A stretch of 64,000 nt of DNA from Candidatus Methylomirabilota bacterium (GTDB taxonomy: Bacteria; Methylomirabilota; Methylomirabilia; Rokubacteriales; CSP1-6), in the NCBI GenBank assembly GCA_035605575.1, contig DASTCJ010000210.1, forward strand, positions 78,750-142,749, in the 5' to 3' direction. Shown piece after piece: positions 56,897-64,000 of the stretch. Under the pieces are notes generated by a model, which was given only the letters and a program-made list of their open reading frames with translations, was not told the DNA's origin and searched no databases. A program made the translations under genes and the position numbers. Position 1 is the stretch's first letter. The number at the start of each line of letters is the position of its first letter.

Positions 56897-56910
56897 CGCA
56901 TGCGAGCGCG

Positions 56911-57273
56911 ATGGCCAAGCGCGTGCTCGTCGTCGACGATCAGCCGCTGCTCCGCGACGTGCAGGTGCTGCTGCTGCGTGACGCGGGCTACTCGGCGACG
57001 GCGCTCCCGGGCGCTCGTGAAGCGCTCGCCCGTCTCCCGGAGCTTCGTCCGGATCTCATCGTGCTCGATCTGAGCATGCCCGACATGGACGGCTACCAGT
57101 TCCTGCGACACCTGCGCGCCGACGAGCTCTGGAACGACCTGCCGGTGATCGTGGCCACCGGCCTCACGCCGGAAGAGATCCAGCCGATCGCGTACGAGTG
57201 CGACGTGCTGGCCAAGCCGTTCAGCGACGTCGCGCTGCTCTCGCGCGTCCGCCGGCTCATCGGCGAGGCGTGA
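56911..57273 (+). CDS. Stand-alone single-domain response regulator
   Basis: VLVVDD, LIVLDLSMP.MDG, VATG, KPF. Confidence 0.9.
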   Translation: MAKRVLVVDDQPLLRDVQVLLLRDAGYSATALPGAREALARLPELRPDLIVLDLSMPDMDGYQFLRHLRADELWNDLPVIVATGLTPEEIQPIAYECDVLAKPFSDVALLSRVRRLIGEA

Positions 57274-58665
57274 TCAGCCGGCCAGCGCCTCGAGGGCGGC
57301 GGTAAAGCAGCCGAGCGGCGCGCGCACGACGCCCGCCCCGACCTGTCCGACGCCGGCCTTGCGCCCCGCGATGCCCGTGTTGATCAGCGGCGTGACGCCC
57401 GTCTCGACGACGCGTCGCACGTCGATGCCGACGGGGCTGCCGCGCTCGTCGAGCGTCGGAATCCGAAAGTGCGGATGCTCCCCGGCGACGATCTCGCGCA
57501 TCTCGCCCGTGAGGGCCAGCGCGGCCGCCATCCCGCCCGCGCCGACGAATCGCGCGACCGCCGGCGAGGCAGCCATGGCGAATCCGCCGAGCCCGATCGT
57601 CTCGACGATCGCGCTGTCACCCATGTCCGGGTTCGCGTCCGTGGGGCCGAAGCCGGGGAAGTAGAGTCCGTCCGGCGTGTTCACGGGCGCGGTGAGCCAG
57701 CGATCGCCGAGCGCGGAGACGCGGATGCCGAAGTCGGTGCCGTTGCGGGCCATGGCGGTGACGAGCGTGGCATCGGCGACGCCGCCGGCCGGATCGGCGA
57801 GCGCCTTGCCGGCGGCCATGGCGATGTTCAAGAAGAACTGATCGTTGCCGGCGATGAACTCGGCCAGCCGCGCCACGGCGTGGTGGCGGCCGCCGACCTT
57901 CGCGACCCCCGGCATCAGGGCGCGGGTCAGCAGCGACGAGGCCGCGACATTGCGCTGATGCATCTCGTCGCTCATGCGGAGCGCCTGCGCCATGAGCGCC
58001 CGGAGGTCGATACCGCCGCCGGCACGGAGCCCGGCGCCGAGCAGGGGACCCGCCTCCGTCGCCATCCAGTTGAGCCGCGCGATCACCGATGGATCGTTGG
58101 CGCCGAAGCGTAGAACCTTGCCGAGCCCCTCGTTGATCGTCGCGTGGGCGCGCGTGCCGAATGCGTGGTTCTCGACGACGAACACCGGCATCGACGGCGT
58201 GATCATTCCGGTCATCGGCCCGACCGCGCGATAGTGATGGCAGGGCGCGAGCCGCACCCGGTCGGCCGTCACCAGCGCTGCGGCCGCATCGTCGTTGGCC
58301 GCCCAGCCCTCGTAGCGCACCGCGCACAGGACGGCCGCGCGCATCGGCTCGCACATCCGGCTCCACGCGATGGGCGGGCCCGCGTGAAGCACGGTGCGGT
58401 CGGCGAGCTCGAGCGCCTCGCGCGCGGGCCGGCAGTCGACGAGCATCGGCAGCCCGTCGGTCAAGCGAGCCAGCGCTTCGGCGTTCGCCCGCTCGATCAC
58501 GTCGCGCCGCCCGTCCAGGCGCTCGAGCAACGCCACCAACCGCGCGTCACCCCCCGCGGGCGGCCGCCAGTCGACGTGCGTTACCGGCACGGCGCGACGC
58601 GCCAGCTCGGTGGCGAACAGCTCCAGACCGACGTTCACCACCCGCGGCCCGCCGCCAGGCAGCAT
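57274..58665 (-). CDS. DUF1116 (YlbE/YahG-like) protein with an N-terminal extension resembling the E. coli FdrA C-terminus
   Basis: AN..A..RL....P.L, T.LHAGPPI.W..M..PMR.AV..A..YEG, NEG.GKVLRFGA, M.DE.H.RN.A, MARNG..FGIR, D.GDSAI.ET.G.GG, P.INTGIA....G.GQ.GAG. Start could be ATG 58665 or CTG 58677. Confidence 0.9.
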   Translation of the reverse strand: MLPGGGPRVVNVGLELFATELARRAVPVTHVDWRPPAGGDARLVALLERLDGRRDVIERANAEALARLTDGLPMLVDCRPAREALELADRTVLHAGPPIAWSRMCEPMRAAVLCAVRYEGWAANDDAAAALVTADRVRLAPCHHYRAVGPMTGMITPSMPVFVVENHAFGTRAHATINEGLGKVLRFGANDPSVIARLNWMATEAGPLLGAGLRAGGGIDLRALMAQALRMSDEMHQRNVAASSLLTRALMPGVAKVGGRHHAVARLAEFIAGNDQFFLNIAMAAGKALADPAGGVADATLVTAMARNGTDFGIRVSALGDRWLTAPVNTPDGLYFPGFGPTDANPDMGDSAIVETIGLGGFAMAASPAVARFVGAGGMAAALALTGEMREIVAGEHPHFRIPTLDERGSPVGIDVRRVVETGVTPLINTGIAGRKAGVGQVGAGVVRAPLGCFTAALEALAG

Positions 58666-58673
58666 CGCGTGGC

Positions 58674-60191
58674 TCAGCGTGCGGCGGCGCCGGCGCGGCG
58701 CGCGATGGCGGCCGCCAGGCGGGACGCCTGGGCGTTGCTGTCCATGACGAGCGCGCCGGCCGCGCGAAGCGAGGCGACCTGCGCCGCGCGCGACGGCGTA
58801 TCGGCATCGGTTCCGCACACGCTGGCGACCACGGCGACGTGACGCAGCTGCCGGATGGCGCGGATGGCCGGGAGCACCTCGCCCGCCGGATCGGGCGCCG
58901 TCGCCGTCCCGAGCACGACGTCGAGCAGCACCACGGCGGTGGCGGCGTCGCGACCTTCGCGCAAGATCCAGTCCCGCCGGACGTGACCGTCGATCATCGG
59001 GTGCGGGCGGCCGAGCGTGAACTGGTCGGCGCCGAGATCGGTGATGCGATGGGCGGCGCCGTCGCCGGTGAGTGAGGGCGATACGTCGGCGAGCTCGGCG
59101 TCGAGCAGCGCGGCCGCCTCCTGCGCCAGGGTGCCGCCGGCGTACACGCCGCGCACGAAGCGCTGCGCCCCGCCGGGCCCGCGCGCGGCCGAGTCGATCA
59201 GCCGCTCGATCTCCCCGGCGGGCAGCGTGAATTCGACCGGCGCCGGCCGCCGACCCCGGGCGACGGCCACGGCCGCCCGCGCCGCATCTTCGAGGGTGGC
59301 GGCGACGTGGAGGTGTCCGTCGCGCGGCAGCGCGCCCCGAGGAAAGTGCACGACGCACGGCTTGCCGACACGCTTCAGCGCATCCGCGAGGCGATGCGCG
59401 ACCGCGGGCGCCGGCGGCTTGCCGATGACGCAGACGACGTCCGTCGCCGCGTCGGAGGCGAGCAGCTCGAGGGCGCGCAGCATCATCGAGCCGCCGACCG
59501 CCTCGCTGAGGTCGCGGCCGCCGACGCCGAGCGCCTGCGAGACACCCTCGCCCTCGCGCGCGATCAGCGACGTCACTTCCTGGAGCCCGGTGCCGGAGGC
59601 GGCGGCCAGCCCGATGCGCCCCCGCGGCACGGCGTTGGCGAAGCCGAGGCCCACGCCGTCCACGATGGCGGTGCCACAGTCGGGCCCCATCATCAACAAA
59701 TTCCGCTCGCGGGCCATGCGCTTGAGCTCCACCTCGGTCTCGAGGGGGACGTTGTCGCTGAACAGCATCACGTGGAGACCGGCACCGAGCGCGCGCGCGG
59801 CCTCGGCCCCCGCATAGAGACCGGGCACCGAGATCAGCGCCAGGTTGGCGTCGGACAGGACGCGGAGGGCGCCGTCGAGCGTTCGCGGCGCGGCGACGCC
59901 GGCGGCCGCGGGCGACACGCGCGGTGACAGCATGCGCTCGATCGCCTCGCGGGCGGCGTCGGCCGACTCCACGCAGTCGGCGATCACGGCGACGACGAGG
60001 TCGGCATTGCCGGCCGCCTCGCCCTCGCGCGAGAGCAGCCCGGCCTGCGCGAGCAGCGCGCGATTCTGCGGGGTGGCCATCATGGCGGCGGCGGCCGTGA
60101 CGCCCGCCATCTGCTCCAGATCGCGCGACAGGCGCATGAGCGTCACCGAGTCGCGATAGAACGACGGTCGCACGAAGTTGAAGGTCGGCAG
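58674..60191 (-). CDS. fdrA: FdrA-family acyl-CoA synthetase-like protein (start CTG 60191 or GTG 60173)
   Basis: Y.DSV.LM, MAT..N, ANLALISVPG.YA, HVMLFSDNV..E.E..LK..A....L.MMGPDCGT, GTG.QEV, G.GGRDLS, D.G.D.FT.GRPHPMID. Confidence 0.9.
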   Translation of the reverse strand: MPTFNFVRPSFYRDSVTLMRLSRDLEQMAGVTAAAAMMATPQNRALLAQAGLLSREGEAAGNADLVVAVIADCVESADAAREAIERMLSPRVSPAAAGVAAPRTLDGALRVLSDANLALISVPGLYAGAEAARALGAGLHVMLFSDNVPLETEVELKRMARERNLLMMGPDCGTAIVDGVGLGFANAVPRGRIGLAAASGTGLQEVTSLIAREGEGVSQALGVGGRDLSEAVGGSMMLRALELLASDAATDVVCVIGKPPAPAVAHRLADALKRVGKPCVVHFPRGALPRDGHLHVAATLEDAARAAVAVARGRRPAPVEFTLPAGEIERLIDSAARGPGGAQRFVRGVYAGGTLAQEAAALLDAELADVSPSLTGDGAAHRITDLGADQFTLGRPHPMIDGHVRRDWILREGRDAATAVVLLDVVLGTATAPDPAGEVLPAIRAIRQLRHVAVVASVCGTDADTPSRAAQVASLRAAGALVMDSNAQASRLAAAIARRAGAAAR

Positions 60192-60196
60192 GGTCG

Positions 60197-61552
<1,356 letters not shown>

Positions 61553-61554
61553 GC

Positions 61555-63783
61555 TCAGGCCTCCACGGTGGCAGGGGCGCGGGCGACGGGCACCTCCACG
61601 ACGAAGCGGCTACCCGAGGGATGGTTGTCCTCGACGCGGATGACGCCGCCGTGCTCGTTGATGATCTCGCTCACGATGGGCAGCCCGAGTCCCATGCCCG
61701 CCACCTTCGTCGAGAAGTACGGCAGGAAGAGCTTCTCGCGGTCCTCGCTCGGAATGCCGGGGCCGTTGTCGCTCACGGTCAGCCGCACGCGCGCGCTGTC
61801 GGCGAGGTACTCCGTCTCGATGACGACCGTGCCGGTGGCGGCCACCGCTTCCACGGCGTTGTCGACGAGGTTCAGCACAGCGCGCTTGATGTGGTCGGGG
61901 TCGACCTCCAGCAGCGGCACGTCGTCGGCATGCTGGGTCACGATGGTGAGCGCGGGATGCGACTCCCGATAGAGTCCGGCCACGCCGTCGATGAGCGGGC
62001 GTACGTCGGTCGGCTTCGGCACGAACACCGGCATGCGGGCGAAGCGCGAGAACTCGTCGACGAGACGCTTCAGGCCATCGACCTCCTGGATGATGATACC
62101 GGTGCACTCGGTCACCAGCTGCGCGTCCTCGCCGCCGACGCGCGACAGCCGGCGTCGCAGCCGCTGCGCCGACAGCTGGATCGGCGTCAGCGGATTCTTG
62201 ATCTCGTGCGCGATCCGCTGCGCGACCTCCCGCCAGGCGGCCAGCCGTTGCGCCTTGAGCAGCTCCGTCAGGTCGTCGAACACCACCACCGCGCCCTCGT
62301 ACGCGCCATCGGCGCCGCGGAGCGCGGTGGCCGACGCGACCAGTGCCAGCGTGGCGCCGCGGCGACGGAGGTGCAGCTCGATCGAGGCCGTGGCCGTCTT
62401 CGGTCGTCGCGTGCGATGCACGAGCGTCACCACCTCGCGCACGTCGGGCCCGGTGAAGAGCTCCTCGAGCAGGCGCCCGACGGAGGCCGTCTCGCTCAGC
62501 CCGAACATTCGTGCGGCGGCGCCGTTGACGGTGGTGAGTCGTCCCAGCGCGTCGAAGGAGGCGACGCCGGTGGTGATGGCCTCGAGCACGGTCTCGATGT
62601 ACCGGCGACGATCCTCGAGCTCCGTGTGCTTGTCCTGGAGATCGAGGTAGGCCTCCTCGAGCTGGCGCTTGGAGCGCGAGAGATCGTCCGTCATGCGGTT
62701 GAACGAGTCGACGAGAACCCCGATCTCGTCGTCGGCGGGCGCCTGCACCTTGTAGCCGAGGTTCCCGGCGGCGACCTCGCGCGTGGCCTCGGCGAGCTGC
62801 GCGATGGGACCGGTGATGCCGCGCGCCAGATAGAGACCGAACCAGGTGAACGAGAACACGACGATCAGGGTCATGAGCAGGAACAGCAGGATGTAAATGC
62901 CCTTGATGGGATTTTTGAGCAGCTTCAGCTGCTTGTACTCGCGAAACGCCTGCGAGATGCCGCGCACCTTGGACTCGAGCCGCTCGGACACGTGGGTGCC
63001 GACGACCACGGTGCCGACGATCCGGCGCTCGCCGCTGCGCGCCGACCAGATCGGCGTGACACCCTCGATGAGGTCGCCGGTGGTCAGCTCGCGCACGGTC
63101 GTGACCTCCTGACCGCCGAGCCCGCGCTTGAGCTGCGACTCGCTCAGATCGCGCGTGGGCAGGTCGCCGAGGATCGGATCCTTCACGTGAACGAGCTCCT
63201 GGCCCTGCGCGTTGAAGACGGTGAGCGTGCTCAGCGACAGCAGATCCTGCTGCTCGACGAGGAAGGAGGCGAGCGCCTGGCGGCGCTCATCGGCGAGCAG
63301 ATCGTCGCGATCGATGAGCCGCGCGATGTGGTGGCCGTGACGCAGTGCCGTCTTCTCCAGATTCGTGTAGTACGTCTGGGCCACCGAGAGCGCCTGGTCG
63401 AGCGGCCGCTCGACCTGCGGCTTGAACCAGCCCTCGATGGACTTGTTGATGAAGTTGGAGGCGATGATGAAGATGAAGATCGCCGGCGCCACCGCGAGCG
63501 ACATGAATGCCAGCACCAGCTTGGCCTTGAAGCGCGCGCCGATGACCTTCTGCCGCCGCTCGAACCCGAGCTTGACGAGGTTGCGGAACAGGAGGACGAG
63601 GAGCAGCAGGAAAACGATCAGGTTCAGATTGAACAGGGCGAAGATGACGATGTTCGAGGCCACCGGCAAATCGGGCGCGATGATCCCCATGTCGAGCGCC
63701 GACAGGCCGCCGAGCAGCAGCAGGAAGGCGACGATGATCAGGAGGTTCCGCTTGCGGCGATTCTCCTCGCTCAGCAGGGGCAT
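61555..63783 (-). CDS. ntrY: NtrY-like membrane sensor histidine kinase
   Basis: Three N-terminal TMs, S...I..WF, HAMP, PAS, AWREVAQRIAHEIKNPLTPIQLSAQRL, DNG.G, G.GLGL.IV. Confidence 0.9.
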   Translation of the reverse strand: MPLLSEENRRKRNLLIIVAFLLLLGGLSALDMGIIAPDLPVASNIVIFALFNLNLIVFLLLLVLLFRNLVKLGFERRQKVIGARFKAKLVLAFMSLAVAPAIFIFIIASNFINKSIEGWFKPQVERPLDQALSVAQTYYTNLEKTALRHGHHIARLIDRDDLLADERRQALASFLVEQQDLLSLSTLTVFNAQGQELVHVKDPILGDLPTRDLSESQLKRGLGGQEVTTVRELTTGDLIEGVTPIWSARSGERRIVGTVVVGTHVSERLESKVRGISQAFREYKQLKLLKNPIKGIYILLFLLMTLIVVFSFTWFGLYLARGITGPIAQLAEATREVAAGNLGYKVQAPADDEIGVLVDSFNRMTDDLSRSKRQLEEAYLDLQDKHTELEDRRRYIETVLEAITTGVASFDALGRLTTVNGAAARMFGLSETASVGRLLEELFTGPDVREVVTLVHRTRRPKTATASIELHLRRRGATLALVASATALRGADGAYEGAVVVFDDLTELLKAQRLAAWREVAQRIAHEIKNPLTPIQLSAQRLRRRLSRVGGEDAQLVTECTGIIIQEVDGLKRLVDEFSRFARMPVFVPKPTDVRPLIDGVAGLYRESHPALTIVTQHADDVPLLEVDPDHIKRAVLNLVDNAVEAVAATGTVVIETEYLADSARVRLTVSDNGPGIPSEDREKLFLPYFSTKVAGMGLGLPIVSEIINEHGGVIRVEDNHPSGSRFVVEVPVARAPATVEA

Positions 63784-63999
63784 CTACTGCACCCGCTGGA
63801 TCGTGCGGAAGTCGGACTGCCGCATGGTCTCCTCGGCGGTGCCCGACATCCGCGTCAGGAACGTGTTCTCGCCGTTGAGCGCGCACTCCGCGTGCACGCG
63901 CACGTAGAAGACCTCGGCGGGGTCGAGGCCGCTGGCCGGCCCGAGCTTCAGAGCCTGGACTTCGGACAGCACGCGCTGCGCGTCGCGCAGGTCGCGGGT
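63784..63999 (-). CDS. C-terminus of a probable DUF4390-family protein (runs off window edge)
   Basis: Frame is open to the edge, abuts the ntrY start, and sits where DUF4390 genes usually precede ntrY. Confidence 0.55.
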   Translation of the reverse strand, partial: TRDLRDAQRVLSEVQALKLGPASGLDPAEVFYVRVHAECALNGENTFLTRMSGTAEETMRQSDFRTIQRVQ

Positions 64000-64000
64000 A

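Noticed and set aside
57274-59358. Apparent 694-aa ORF suggesting an FdrA-DUF1116 fusion
   Set aside because: The upstream part is an alternative frame of fdrA with Arg/Gly-rich nonsense composition. The two genes are in different frames.

Overview
Very GC-rich bacterial chromosomal segment (about 70% GC by eye). Gene content and protein style suggest Ca. Rokubacteria/Methylomirabilota, which is an inference only. I found no tRNA, rRNA, CRISPR array or mobile element. Layout: (1) 1-3.3 kb, an orphan family-5 solute-binding protein coupled to a PAS/HAMP histidine kinase. (2) 3.3-14.7 kb, a minus-strand catabolic cluster: cysteine-synthase-like enzyme, CoA-transferase A/B, LLM oxidoreductase, alpha/beta hydrolase, DinB, isochorismatase, DHDPS-family protein and a Liv-type ABC transporter. 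(3) 14.7-29.8 kb, housekeeping genes: yicC-remA-gmk-rpoZ-coaBC-udg-priA-def-fmt-rsmB-rpe, then MOSC, a small membrane protein, and ffh-rpsP-khpA-rimM-trmD-rplS-rnhB-yraN. (4) 29.8-32.9 kb, a NitT/TauT ABC transporter. (5) 32.9-53.3 kb, a pyrimidine operon (pyrR-B-C-carA-orf-carB-pyrF ... pyrE) interrupted by an 11.5 kb opposite-strand locus. (6) 53.5-64 kb, Zn-finger/HtpX protease, CaiB CoA-transferase, a lone response regulator, fdrA/DUF1116 and ntrYX-like genes. The best candidate for an undescribed system is the 33.6-45.2 kb locus. It has a predicted sigma-54 promoter and a Pil/Chp-type chemosensory core (PilH-like, CheW, orphan Tat-exported binding protein, MCP, two-Hpt CheA-REC). In the same operon follow a pseudo-receiver/DUF4388 protein, a RomR-like REC-Pro-rich-Roadblock protein, a membrane scaffold with probable tandem Roadblock-like domains, a close MglB homologue and a second Roadblock protein, but no MglA GTPase. 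Other notable signals: three sigma-54 promoters, repeated leaderless promoter geometry, several probable CTG start codons, a PriA lacking its Walker A motif, and a PyrR-binding hairpin that occludes the ribosome-binding site.
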